From the human T2T-CHM13v2.0 reference genome, Homo sapiens, in assembly GCF_009914755.1 (NCBI RefSeq), contig NC_060927.1: a DNA stretch of 64,000 nucleotides; one strand, given 5' to 3'. This document shows, piece after piece, positions 1 through 12,949 of this stretch. Each line of letters begins with the position of its first letter. The first letter of the stretch is position 1. The translations under genes and the position numbers were made by a program. The notes beneath the pieces were generated by a model, which was given only the letters and a program-made list of their open reading frames with translations, was not told the DNA's origin and ran no database searches.

Positions 1-458
1 TTTGGTTTTCATCTTGGTAGCTATCTCTTGGATTACTCAGGTTATTAAGTTAGATAATGCAGGTCGGACATTTAGCATTGTGTTTGGTAATAGTAAGTGT
101 TCCTTAAGTAAAATCTTAGTTCTCATTATTACAATGGTCTTAACAAAATCCCTAATAGTGAGTCATCCTACTAGAGATGATATGTACATTTTATAGGGAG
201 GAATTGGGGACCTAATCTTATGACTCATTGGTGACATTAAAGTGAGAACTCTAGAGCTGACACCCTAACCTCTGTTTACCTCTTGCCATACCTCAAGAAA
301 TGCACTTGCACTTCACGTGCTTTGTCTCCCTTAATTGTCACAGCGACTCTATGAAGGACATCCCATTCTTATTCTCAGTTTAGGGCTGGGAAAACTGAGC
401 ACAGGATTTTTAACTGAACTGAAGGCTGCACAGTTAGTAGTAGAAACAGCATGGGAAC

Positions 459-831
459 TGTCTCAGTCAGTTTGGGCTGCTATCACAAAATACCATAGCC
501 TGGGTGGCTTATAAACAACAGAAATTTATTTCTCACAGTTGTGGAGGCTGGAAGTCTCAGTCCAGGCTGCCAGCATGGTCAGGATCTGGTGAGTGCCCCC
601 TTCAGGCTTGCAGATGGCCAAGCTCTTTTATCTTCACAAGATGGTGGAAAGAGCAAGAGAGCTCTCTGTTCTCTGGGGTCTCTCAGAAGGGCACCAATCC
701 CATTCATGAGGGCTCTATTCTTATGACCTAATTATCTCCCAAAGGCCCCACCTCATAATACTATCACACTGGACGTTACGATTTCAACATATGAATTTGG
801 GGGGAGGGACACAAACATTCAGTCTAAAACA
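459..831 (-). mobile_element. MaLR solo LTR, MLT1A-like
   Basis: gctgctatcacaaaataccatagcctgggtggcttataaacaacagaaatttatttctcacagtt...ttcaacatatgaatttggggg...acaaacattcagtc matches the reverse complement of the MLT1A-type consensus. Confidence 0.85.
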
Positions 832-1117
832 GAAACCCTTAGTTGGATCCCAGAAACTGCCGTTACACCCACATTACTCTTTTAGGACAAGAAAAAGAGG
901 GAAGCAATTTTGGGGAACCATCATTACTGCTGATGTCAGTGGTTGTGGGGATTGGGGCTGCAGGACTGAAGATCCCAATACATGGGCTGAAAGCCACCCC
1001 ACTTAAGGTACAGGTATGAATGGAATGTGGATAAGAGCACTGCTTCTGGACTATGACAGGGAACTCTGTGACCACTGAGGAGTCTCTTTCCAAAGCCCAA
1101 GGGCAAAGTGATGCTTA

Positions 1118-1320
<203 letters not shown>

Positions 1321-1465
1321 TCAAAGCACCTGCAGGCTCACACCTGTAGGCACTGCCTCAGGGCACAGATGTGGTTCAGAGAAAGATGCCTTGTAGAATG
1401 ACTATGAACCAGGTAGAGCCTTCTATTCCCTGGAAGAGCATGGTTTGCTCATTTATCCATAGATC

Positions 1466-1901
1466 TGTGAAAGGAAAACAAAAACTCAGGACCCCAACTC
1501 ACTATGTCAAAAGGAAAAGGTTAAGCTGAATGTTGAGTCATGCAAGAAACTGCTTTTCCTTTTATTCCTAAGCAGATAGCTATAGATTAAAAGTTAAATA
1601 TCTCCACAGGTAGCTACTCTATGTTCAGCTTACCTTATGTAAAATGCTTATTTACCTAGTGCCAGATGTATACCTAATTGACTATTTCCCTACCTGCTTC
1701 TTTTATCCTGCAACATGTGGATTCAGTAATGCTACCATATCCTCGCCTTTTCCCCTCTAGTCTGCTTTTCCCTTTTAAATACTGAAGCCCTCAAAATCAT
1801 CTTTGGAGAAAGTCACAAACCTCTTCCAGGGCATGTCCTTAACCTTGGCCAAATAAACTTCTAAATAAATTCAGGCCTGTCTCAGATACTTTTGCTTTAC
1901 A
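1466..1901 (+). mobile_element. ERV1 (MER4-group) solo LTR
   Basis: TG...CA ends (tgtgaaaggaaaa...gctttaca), AATAAA near the 3' end, 4-bp TSD gatc/gatt. It splits an L2 3'-end (attc)n relic. Confidence 0.8.
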
Positions 1902-2288
1902 GATTCATTGATTCATGCAAACATTTGAATGCTTATTATAAGCCAAAGATTGTGGGAGATACAGATATAAATAAAATGTGGCCTCTGCCTTCAAGGAGCA
2001 TGAAGACCAAGGCTTAAGTTGCCAGTTCCAATTCTAGGAACTGAGCCTGTCGGGGGAAGAATGATAGTGGAGTTCAGGCCTGGGAGACTCTGCAGGGTGC
2101 CACAGAGGAGGAGAGATGTCAGAAGACCAGTTGAGCAGTATCATCAAGGAATAAATAGATTGGTGATGATGGGAACACAGACAAGGGAACAAACGTGAAA
2201 TGTTAAGGACTCGATAGTACCGGGTCACTGACTGCATGGAAACAAAGGAAATGTTGGAGTTACTGGGATGGTTTTAAGTCTGTTCTGG

Positions 2289-2491
2289 CAATCTCTGTCC
2301 AGTAGAACTTTCTGCAATGGTAGACATGTTTTATCTGCCTTCTTCATTATGACAGCTACTAGTCACACATGACTATGGAACAGTTGAAATGTGGCTAGTG
2401 CAACTGAGGAATTAAACTTGCATATAATTTTAATTAATTTAAGTTTAAATCAGTTCTGTATGGGTAGGGGCTACCATGTTGGACAGCAGAG
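2289..2491 (+). mobile_element. MER3 hAT-Charlie MITE
   Basis: ctgtccagtagaactttctgcaatg...aaatgtggctagtgcaactgaggaa...ttggacagcag. Confidence 0.85.
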
Positions 2492-2499
2492 TTCTATAG

Positions 2500-2690
2500 T
2501 TAAGCACTTTACATGAATTACTTCATTTAATCCTCACAATGATCCCATGCAGTTAGGTATCACCATTAGCCCCATTTCATGGAAGAGGAAGCTGAGGCAC
2601 AGAGAGGTGAAGTCTCTTGCCCAGGATGACATAGCCAGTAAGTGGGATTTTAGCTGAGATATCCTGGTGCCGGAGCCCATGTTCTCGACT
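2500..2690 (-). mobile_element. MIR SINE
   Basis: atttaatcctcacaa...gaggaagctgaggcacagagaggtgaag...ttgcccagg core. Confidence 0.85.
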
Positions 2691-3649
2691 GTTTCATAAT
2701 TATGTCAGAATTCTGTTCATAAGCATCTTTTTACAGATATAAGCACCATTATAAAACAAATATATTATTAAAAACTTGTGAGATTTTGGAACTAGAATTA
2801 TTTACAAGCTATTAATGCAGTTTACTCTTTAAATAAATTCATGTGTGTACGCCCTTCAACTCTTTGAGAAATCTATGAACATTTACTTGAGACAGTTCAC
2901 ATCTCTAGCTGAACGACCCAATGAATGAATAAATTCTGGGAACTCCAGATGCTTTTCTACCAGAAGTCACTTAATCCAGGGAGGGAGCTCTTGGTAGGAA
3001 TGGAGAATGGTCCTTAGTTAATTTAAGGAAAATCAGTGGGTATTTTTTGACTTCTAGTGTAGGGAATTGGCATTAGAGCTCACAGCCAGGGACTCTGTTG
3101 TGTGGATTTGAGAATGCTTCTGGGAACGTCTGTCTACAGTCCTCAAATATTGCTGACATTTGGCCTGTCCTGCCAGGAAGCTAAAATTGAATTCTAACGC
3201 CAGTTTTTTCTTCAGTGGGATTAGTGGCAAGTTGAAGAGAAAAATCTTAGAAGTGACATGCCCTGAGGAGGGAGTTAGAATGAATCATGAGCTCTAAAAT
3301 AGATTTGAACCAGTGGCTCCTAGGGTAATGTGGCACAGCTACAGGAGACCAGCAAAGGTCACATGATGTGTTACTTCAGGATGAAAAGAAGGCAAATCAT
3401 GCTGAGATGAAATGCCTGGTTGTATTTTCCTTTAGTTGAAAAAGGTGTAATTTTGAAAGAAGAGTAAAGATCCCCAATGCAGCAGTCGGCACATAAAAAA
3501 CAATGTTCAATCCAGTTGACTTATCTTCATAGCAAAGCATGTTCCTCTGAAAGTTCCCTCATCTGTAATAGGGTGTCCACAAATGAATTCCTGGAATGTA
3601 GGGAATTTTTAGTCAAGCAATGTCAACTCACCATGCTGCAGGACTTAAC

Positions 3650-3890
3650 TCTGACTTCATTCCTTCCTACCACCAGGGATATTAAGTACTCCATGTCAGG
3701 CAAGATTTTAGGTACTGGGGACATAGCAATGAATGCGTCAAACAAGGTCTGTGCTTACTTGGAGCTTACATTCTAGTAGGGGGAAAAAGGCAATAAACAA
3801 GAACATTAGACCAAGAAGAAAATTTCAGATAATTACACTTGTGTTGCAGAAAATAAAATAGGGTTTGAGACAGTAGTTTAATTGCACAGG
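3650..3890 (-). mobile_element. L2 LINE 3' fragment
   Basis: ttcattcc...ccatgtcaggca...taggtactggggacatagcaatgaa...ggagcttacattctag. Confidence 0.7.
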
Positions 3891-5051
3891 GGCATTTCTC
3901 CTGGCCTGAATGACAGAAGGTAACTTCATTCTTCATTACCCTCACAGAATATTCCTTCCCTGCTCTCTGAATCTGTTCCACCAATCACTCCTGGTAAATT
4001 ATAGCTGTGAGATGCTTGTCTGTGCTATAATCATGTGAGTATAAATTTGACTTTGATTTGATTCACCCTGTTGCTCACATACGATTTAATGATATCTAAG
4101 GAAATTTGGTGGTATCCAATGGGGCTCTATTTACTTCAACTACCATTTTATTTATTTACTTTTTGTGCCCCCAACTAGAATCCCTAATTTGGTCTACCTT
4201 TTACCTGGCTGGCTTCCTTTCTTCTGCCCACTCTGCATTGGACTTTGTCATGATGATGGATTTGCTACACTGAAGTTGAAGTTATCATCACTGACAAATG
4301 CTAGGGATTATTTGGGATGGTTTATTCCTCTTGTATAAGGTAAATAACATCAGCCAGCCATAGCATTACTGGAAGTATAAAAAGGTGCCATCAAATTTTA
4401 TCAGGTATGGAAGGATCCAGTATCAAACAGCACCTGATAATTTCTGCTTTTTCAGAATTCGTAGGCATTGTGTAGACTATTTTCTGACAACTTTCCAAAT
4501 CAATTAACGAATCACAGCATGGAAAGATCTCTTTCCCTCTCTTTGTTGTATCACACCTGGAAAGCACCATATGGGAGAATGCCCCCAATGGAGTCAACAA
4601 AGTGGAAAGATCAAGTGCACAGGAACACCCCTCATCAGTGAACCAAGCCCACCATACCTGCACCTTGATGATGTTTGGGATTCCAGCTTAGCCTTAAAAG
4701 TAACCTGGGTTAAAAGTAACATTCCTTCAAGTAAGACAGAGGAGGGGCTCTGGGAGACACTAATGGAACTGGTTTCATTTGCTGTGCCCTCACTTGATGA
4801 TAGACTTTGAGTAACTCTCTCACCATTTGTGTCCTGTGCTCTAATTGAAGAAACCAAACAGTGTCTGGGGTGAGGTCATTTGAGATTCTTCTCTCCCTTT
4901 CGAGGCAGTAAGTGTCCTTATCCTATAGGTAGCTCCCACAAAAGACAAACTGAGGAATCCTCCTTTGCCCACAGATATCCATCTCTTCCAGCATCTTTCC
5001 TCAGTTGCTCCTCATTTCCTAGCAGACAGGCATAACAAGGGATATCCCAGG

Positions 5052-5504
5052 TGCGATGGTTAATATTGAGTGTCAACTTGATTGGACTGAAGGATGCAAA
5101 GTATTGTTCCTGGGTGTGTCTGTGAGGGTGTTGCCAAAGGAGATTAACATTTGAGTCAGTGGGCTGGGAAAGGCAGACCCACATGCAATCTGGGTGGGCA
5201 CAATAGAATCAGCTGCCAGTGCAGCCAGAATAAAAGCAGGCAGAAGAACATAGAAAAACTAGACTGGCTTAATCTCCAAGCCTACATCTTTCTCCTGTGC
5301 TGAATGCTTCCTGGCCTCAAACTTTGGACCCTAAGTTCTTCAGCTTTGGGACTCAGACTGGCTTCCTTCTTCCTCAGCTTGCAGATGGCCTATTGTGGGA
5401 CCTCACCTTTGTGATTGTGTGAGTCAATACTCCTTAATAAACTCCCTTTTATATATACATCTATCCTATTAGTTCTGTCCCTCTAGAGAACACTGACTAA
5501 TACA
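5052..5504 (+). mobile_element. ERVL solo LTR, MLT2A1/MLT2A2
   Basis: tgcgatggttaatattgagtgtcaacttgattgg...ctctagagaacactgactaataca, TG...CA ends, 5-bp TSD ccagg/ctggg. Confidence 0.92.
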
Positions 5505-5509
5505 CTGGG

Positions 5510-6000
5510 ATTCTCCTCCATTCCTTTCTGCTCTCAGCAGCCATGGTGGTCTTTTGAAAACATATATCACATCATGTCATTTGCCTCCTTTAAAGCTATT
5601 CTGCTGCACTTAATAAAACCCACATGGTTAGTGATGGCGTCCAAGGCCCTGCTTTGTGGCTCCTGGCTTCTCACCCACCCTCAAGTAATGTTGTCACTAT
5701 CTGGGCTGCCACCCTCGGGGTTACATGGCTTCTGACAGCTTCTAGAGTGTGGCAGCTGCTTTTCCACTTTAGGGACTTTGGTAGGCATTCCTTTTGCTTG
5801 GGATTCCCCAGAACATTGCTTCCTTTAGATAAAGACTTGAACGGCACCTCTCTAATGAAGCCTACCATGATGTCCTCATCATAGTAAATTTTCTGCCACC
5901 CCAATATTATTCTCAGTCACTACACCTTATTAACATAATTTGTGATTGTATATTTCTTTCTTTATACATGTATTGCCTTTGTCCCTATTAGCTTGCAATT
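5510..6000 (+). mobile_element. L2 LINE fragment
   Basis: cagcagccatggtggtcttttgaaaacatatatcacatcatgtca... is degenerate L2 3' region. Confidence 0.6.
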
Positions 6001-6467
6001 ACCTTTACTTTCCTCATTAATTTGATCACGGACTTTGCAGTAGGGCCCTTTACCACTCGTGAAGGTGGAGGCCTCCCTATCTTGAAATAGGAGAGAAAAG
6101 AACTATATGGGTTTGCTGAAACTGCTGTCACAAGTACCACTGACCGGGTGGCTTAAACAGCAGAAATGTATTGTCTCCCAATACTGGGCTGGAAGTCCAA
6201 GATCAAGGTGTTGGCAGGGTTGCCTCTGAGGCCACAAGGGAGAGTCTGTTCCGGGCCTCTCCCTAGCTTCTGATGCTTTGGCAGCCACCCTTGGTGTTAC
6301 TTGGCTTGCAGAATTAACACCCTCATCTTTGCCTCTGTCTTCATATGGTGTTTTCTCTGTGTGTCTGTATCCAGATTTCCCCTTTTTATAAGAATATCAT
6401 CATAATGGATTAGGGCTGACCCTACTGGCCTCATTTAACTTGTTTACCTCTGAAAAGACAATATCCA

Positions 6468-6648
6468 AGAGTGGAATAATTACTGAAGACTCAGAAGGGT
6501 GGAAGCGGGGTGAGGGATGAGAAACTACTTAATGGGTACAATGTACACCACTCAGGAAATGGCTACACTAAAAGCCCAGACTTCCTCACTATGTAATATA
6601 TCCATGTAACAAAACTGCATTTCTACCCCTTACATTTATACAAAAAAA
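6468..6648 (+). mobile_element. L1 (L1PB/L1MA-type) 3' UTR end with short A tail
   Basis: gtgagggatgagaaactacttaatgggtacaatgtacac...actaaaagcccagacttc...ccatgtaacaaaactgca...aaaaaaa. Confidence 0.85.
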
Positions 6649-6717
6649 GGATTCTATCTCCAAGTAAAGTTATATTCTATTACCGGAAGTTAGGACTTCA
6701 ACATATGAATTTTAGAG

Positions 6718-7045
6718 CAGAGGTCCCCAACCCTCTGGCCACGGACCCACTACCGGTCCTTGGCCTGTTAGAAACCGGGCTGCAGCAGTGACTGAGCATT
6801 ACCTCCTGAGCTCCACCTCCCAACAGATCAGTGGTGACATTACATTCTTATAGGAGCGCGAACCCTATTGTGAACTGCACATGTGAGGGATCTCCATTGC
6901 ATGCTCCTTATGAGAATCTAACTAATGCCTGATGATCTGGGGTGAAGCAGTTTCATCCCAAAGCCATCCCCTGCAACCCCGGGTCTGTGAAAACATTGTC
7001 TTCCATAAAACCAGTCCGTGATCCCAAAAAGGTTGGGGAGCACTG
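6718..7045 (+). mobile_element. MER1B hAT-Charlie MITE
   Basis: TIRs cagaggtccccaacc / ggttggggagcactg; 8-bp TSD ttttagag/ttttaggg. Confidence 0.9.
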
Positions 7046-7229
7046 TTTTAGGGGGACAAAATTCATAGGACTACATCACCATTATATCCATAACACTCAA
7101 CACGATGCCTAACACATAGTAAGTACTGAATAAACCCTTTCTGAATGAATGAATCAAAAGCTGATAGTGGGACCTGAAGGGAAAATACTGGATTGGCAAG
7201 TTTTCATAAAGTTGGGTGATAGAATAAGG

Positions 7230-7533
7230 TTGTGTTTTCCATTATGTAGTCAATGGTTCACTGTAGCTACTGAGCACTTGAAATATGGCTAATCTAAGTT
7301 GAGTTGTTATTGCAAAATATATAGCAGAGTTTAGACTTTAAAAAACATCAACATAAGAAAACACAATGTAAAATTTCTTAATTTTTCTACTGACCATTTG
7401 AAGTAATATTTTAGATATGTTAAATATGTTACTAAAATTAATTTTACCTGCTTATTTTTTTCTCTAATGGAGCTACTAGGAAATTGAAAATGACATGTAT
7501 GGCTTGCATTATATTTGTATTGAACAGTGTTGG
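7230..7533. mobile_element. MER33-like hAT-Charlie MITE
   Basis: gctactgagcacttgaaatatggctaatc...gctactaggaaattgaaaatgacatgtatggcttgcattatatttgtattgaacag. Confidence 0.7.
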
Positions 7534-7567
7534 TATAAGGAGAGTTTGGAGCACAGACACAGTACTG

Positions 7568-7865
7568 TTTTTGTTTTTGTTTGGAGACAGAGTCTCTACT
7601 CTATTGTCCAGACTGGAGTGCAGTGGCATGATCTTGGCTCACTTCAACCTCTGCCCCCTGGGCTCAAGTAATCCTCCCACCTCAGCCTTCTGAGTATCTG
7701 GGACCATAGGCACAAACACCATGGCCAGCTAATTTCTAAATTGTCTCTAGAGGTGAAGTCTCACCTGTTACCCAGGCTGGTCTTGAACTCCTGAGCTCAA
7801 GTGATCTGCTTGCCTCAGCCTCTCAAAGTGCTGGGATGACAGGCATGAGCCACTGTGCCTGGCCT
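7568..7865 (-). mobile_element. AluJ
   Basis: Full antisense dimer with gggctcaagtaatcctcccacctcagcc (J diagnostics). Confidence 0.92.
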
Positions 7866-8029
7866 AGCACAAGGAAGTGTTAAAGTGGAGAGAAAAAAAA
7901 AAGCCAGGAAATAACAATGATGTTATTTGTATATGTATTATATGTATTTGTGTGTGTAACAGTATGCACGTGTATATAGTACTGTTGATGTATATATATG
8001 TGTGGATATATATTTTAGTACATATCCAA

Positions 8030-8200
8030 CATTGTGCTAAGTATATGCAAACCCTTAATTTTTATGATCTGATGTGTTAATATTATTATTCTTATCCTCA
8101 TTTCACAGATGAGAAAAGTGAAACACCAAGAGGTTGGGTAACTTGCCCAAGGTTACTATATGTAGAGATGAAAACTCAGGCATCCTGTCCCCTGAGCCCT
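8030..8200 (-). mobile_element. MIR
   Basis: cattttcacagatgagaaaagtgaaac...aacttgcccaaggt. Confidence 0.7.
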
Positions 8201-8959
8201 CTCCTACACTCCCTGCTTCATTTTCATGAGAGAGCTATCTCTGTGGAGAGGGTAAAACACGAAGATGGGCTGAGTTGGGGAATGTAGAAATCTGTAGGAG
8301 AATCCTATCTCCTTCCCAGTCTTTATTAGGAGAGAGCCAAAGCAGACATAACAAAGAAGCTGAGCCAAGTCGCTTGTGACCCTGCTATAATTGCCTCCAC
8401 TGTGGGATCAATGAGGAAGCCAAATGCTGAGCAGCTGTGACATCTGCAGTAGCTGAACAGGATAAAGAAAGGGGTAGGGGCGGAGTAAGAGCATTTCGAC
8501 TTTCAGGGAAGCCTTGGGACTGGAAGTCAAGCAGAAAGCAAGTGCAGACACAGAACACAATTAGCTACTGGAGCCTCTCTCTTTGCAAGGGCTCCACCCT
8601 GGGAGGAGGCTCTGTGCAATGTGAAAAAATGAGCTCCCATGCTGGAACACCTTCCTTTTCACTGCAAAGGCATTTGAAGGTACTTATAAGAGCCTAATTC
8701 TAACAACAGCTTCTAGATTCCCTGTCCCAACATCTGACAGTTAATACTGGCTTCATTTAGGGTACCTCCAGCTCTGGCTCAAACAAAGGGTGTGGCAAGC
8801 AATAATCTGACAAATTGGGTCACTCCCTCTTCTCTTCCCCTAACACTAACTTTCCTCAGGGTCAAGCAGAACAAAACCACATTTCTTCATGCGTGATCAG
8901 ACTTTGAAAAGTTTATGTAGACTCTTAGAATTGTAGAAAATGTGTGGCAAAGCTCTGGT

Positions 8960-9200
8960 TCAGGGTGCAGGGCTTTACTTTTGGAGAATTAAAGAGACAT
9001 GTGCTTAAATCTCCACTCCCTGATTTTATTAACTGTTGGACCTTGGACAATATTTTTGTTTTGTTTTGTTTAATGTCTCCAATCTACAGTTTCCTCCTGT
9101 GAGTTTTCTTTAGTACATACCCTTATTGGGTTGTTGTTTATCATTCACTTAGATACTGTATACAAAGCACTTGGCCCAGCAACTCCTACCTTCAGTAGCT
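8960..9200 (+). mobile_element. MIR
   Basis: aactgttggaccttggacaa...cagtttcctcctgt...gggttgttg. Confidence 0.6.
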
Positions 9201-9254
9201 ATTTGTTGCTCTCCTACTATGCGTTAGGCATATGCCCGACCTAGCTTATTTACT

Positions 9255-9709
<455 letters not shown>

Positions 9710-9879
9710 AGGTTCTATGTTAATATCTATGTTAATATCTAATAAAGTAATTATTACTTTATTCCGTTAATTAAAAGTCTTGAGAACAGAGATTATTTTT
9801 CTCTCTGTCCTCACTACTTAGCACTGAAATCTCCGTGAACTTGTTGACTGAGTGAATGATTCCATCTCATGAAGCGTCT

Positions 9880-10330
9880 AGGTGGTTCTCAATCCTGGAT
9901 GCACGCTGGCCTCAACTGGGGTGGGGGAGGGGCAGGTGTTTTTAAACAAATACTGATTCCTGGGCCCTGGCCCAGACAATTAAATTAGACTCTTCAGAGG
10001 TGGGGCCAGAAAACTGCTATTTTTTTAAAAAGTTGAGATATAATTAAAAAAAAAATCTGAGATAAACCTTGGGAAAGTTACCGAACCTCTCCATGCTTCA
10101 CGTTCCTCATAAGCTCAAATCTTAAATATATAGGTCAATGAATTTTTATATATGGATCCACACATTTAACCACAGGCCAGATCAAGATGTGTAATATGTT
10201 CAGCCTTCTAGAAGGCCCCCTCATGCCTCTCTCAGTCAGTAATATACATTATCCCTATTCCCTCCCACTGAGAGAGTTTTAAAAGCTCCCCAGGTGATTC
10301 TGATGCACAGCTAGGGCTCCGAGTCACCAA
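9880..10330. mobile_element. MER5A-like MITE interrupted by an old L1/MIR-like insert (about 10030-10275)
   Basis: gtggttctcaatcctgg...ggtggggcc [insert] ttttaaaagctccccaggtgattctgatgcacag. Confidence 0.65.
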
Positions 10331-10694
10331 TTTAGATTCTAGAACATTGGACTTCCCACCTCTGCCACCTCCCACCACATTTGTGAACTTGTCTTTGGGC
10401 AATTTCTTCATGAGGTGATAAAGAATAGGAAATAGTAAGATTAATCTTAATTAAATTAATTATCAGAGCAAAGAGGAAATTAAACACTCAGGCTAACCGG
10501 AGCTTATTATCGCTGCCTCCTCCCCGTGCTTATCATTTCTTTTAATTCCTGTCTTATGACTTCCTCTGTGCCTATTCCTTCAGGATCCCCCAGTGAATTG
10601 CTACCTTTGTGAGCTTTGTGCCCCTCCCCCAGAAGCCAGTCACTGTTGCTTCTGTAACAGGAAAGCAAACAATAAAAAGCAAAGCATTGGGATT

Positions 10695-11130
10695 TTTAAT
10701 TTCTTTGGGGCCAAGAATTCCTCAGTACAGTCCTATTTAGCTTATAGACCTCTTTTCAGTGTAAGGTTTTAAAATGCATAAAATATATGATATTATAAAG
10801 GCATCCAATTCTATTGATATACATATATCAGAATAATTTTAAACATCATTTTTAATAATAGGTATTTATTTATTCATTAAATTACAAGATCTAGCAACAA
10901 ACCTAATATCTATGGTAATCTGGTATAGTGATAAGTGTAAACAGTGTTTCAAGGTATCAGCAGCAATTGTTAACACGATATAAATGTTTCTGCTAGTATT
11001 ATTTTGGTTTGTTGCCTACATTCATAACTGAATGAAATGTTACATTTCAGGTAAAGGTTAGTAAAAATAAAGATGCAATTTGATTTTCAGTTGAATTCAT
11101 GGACCTCCTAAATATAATTCATAGACTCCT
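10695..11130. mobile_element. hAT-Charlie family fragment (Charlie4/MER119-like)
   Basis: gttgcctacattcataactgaatgaaatg...ggttagtaaaaataaagatgcaatt...ttcatggacc. Confidence 0.55.
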
Positions 11131-11599
11131 CCAAAATACCCCTGAATTCTTTGTGTAAGATAGTTTCAAGTTCTTGTCGAATTGCTATTTTTCTGGATTA
11201 TGAGCCTTAGCTAGTGAGAGTGATTAGCTTGGCCAGCTTGGTGATTTTCCCTGCAAGGGAGCTGAGATAGGAAGGCTGAAGTGATTGTCCACTGGTAGCT
11301 GAAACTGGTAGGTAAAACTGAATCCCAAGTCTCCCCTCAGGTCAACACTCCTAGCAGCTTGGTTATGATCTGATCTTTTGGGTTGTAGCAGGTTTGCTCA
11401 TTTCATTTGTTTGTTTATTGATTCATTCATCTATGGTATTGCTTTATATTCTAAGAGCTATATGCATGACTGAACAATTTAGTATCCTTCTGTTACCTCA
11501 CTAATCCCATCGTGGCTACTCAACAGCAACTTAAAAAACCAACACAATCCTGAGTAAAAGCTTTTCAGTCCTTCTAAAACATCTAGAAATACATATTTA

Positions 11600-12180
11600 T
11601 AAAATGGGATCATACTGCCAATTTTCTGCAACTTAGTATTTACACTTTAAAATATATATTTTGACATCTTTCTATTTCAGGAGATATATACACTTCTTTA
11701 ATGACTACACAAAATTTCAACGGTATTGTATGAAAATTTTAAACAACTTAATTGATGGCATTTTAATTGTTTTAAATTTTTTTGCTATTAAAAATAATGT
11801 ATATTTGTGTATATATTTCTTTGATCACACATATGAATATTTCTTTAAAGAAGACTACTAGAAGTGAAATTCTTGGGTCAAATGGTATTTTTTAATTTAA
11901 TTTTGATAGATCCCATCTTATTTGTTCTCCAGAAAGACTTCCTGTTTCTATTCCCCCCAGCAAGGTGTGAGGGTACAAGTCCCCTGCACCCTTGCTAACA
12001 CGGATATTGGTAGTCTTTATTTTAAATCCTTCCAATAAGGCGAAAAATCTGATACTGCTGTCAAATATTCATTTCTTTGTGTACTCACAATGTTGAAACT
12101 TTTTTCATATGCTTGTTGCATGTTTGTACTTATTCAATGTTTATGCCCTTTGCTCATTTTCTATTTAGGTTATAGATGCG
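11600..12180 (-). mobile_element. Old L1M (L1ME/MC) 3' fragment
   Basis: tagaagtgaaattcttgggtcaaatggt...ttcccccagcaaggtgtgagg...ttttcatatgcttgttg. Confidence 0.7.
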
Positions 12181-12949
12181 TTTCTTAAATGATGAATTAA
12201 AAATGAAGCCTTGTTGTTCACCTCTTAATGTCGTTTCTCCAGCTTGCATCCTTAATTTGATTAGCTAAGAGTTGAAACATTTGCTATTTATATAAAATAT
12301 GAGCAGCCAAAAATCCTTTTGGAATGAGGCAGGGTTATAAATAAAATGCACTTTTAAAAATATGTGAAACATGGTTGTGTGTAACTTGCCTCAGTTCTTC
12401 CCTTTGATTCCACTGGAGATGTTTGGCACTAAAATCTGTGGATTTCCCTGAGACTTTGACAACTGGTCATAAATTGTGCTCTAGGGCAGTCCTCTGACTT
12501 AGCTTGGTATTATTACCACCTTTTGTGAGAGGAGGAACAGGCCAGAAAGGTTAAGACTGAAGGCCATATAGTTAATGGATGCAAATGAGCCAGCCTCAAA
12601 CCTGGCCAATTCTGAGAATTCTAGAGTAACCACATCAGGACTTTCTCATGGTGAAGGAATTGCTAATGATTATATAGCCTTGCAGCATGGCTGAATTGTT
12701 GCTCATTTTCTCTTTTATACTGTAATAATAATACTGACTACAATTTGCTGAGCTTTTACCAAATGCCAGATATTGTGAACATTATGTATTAACTTCTTTA
12801 ATCCTCATTAAAACTCTGTGAGATAATGTGATGGGAGTTTGTTTTGGTTTGGTTTTTTTATTGCCCAGACCATTTCTCCTTCTCCTGGTAAAGGACTACC
12901 ATTTCTTTCAGGGGGATGACCTCTTCCTCACTGTATTTATTTGTGTCGG

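Larger units (their letters stand above)
6104..7075 (-). mobile_element. MaLR LTR (MLT1C/D-like), interrupted by an L1 3' end and MER1B
   Basis: gggtggcttaaacagcagaaatgtattgtctc...ggaagtccaagatcaaggtgttggcagggttg. Resumes at about 6650 (ttaggacttcaacatatgaatttt) and again at 7046 (gggggacaaaattca). Confidence 0.8.

Noticed and set aside
12253-12263. Isolated TAATTTGATTA paired-homeodomain site
   Set aside because: A single motif in AT-rich sequence next to an L1 relic; insufficient on its own.
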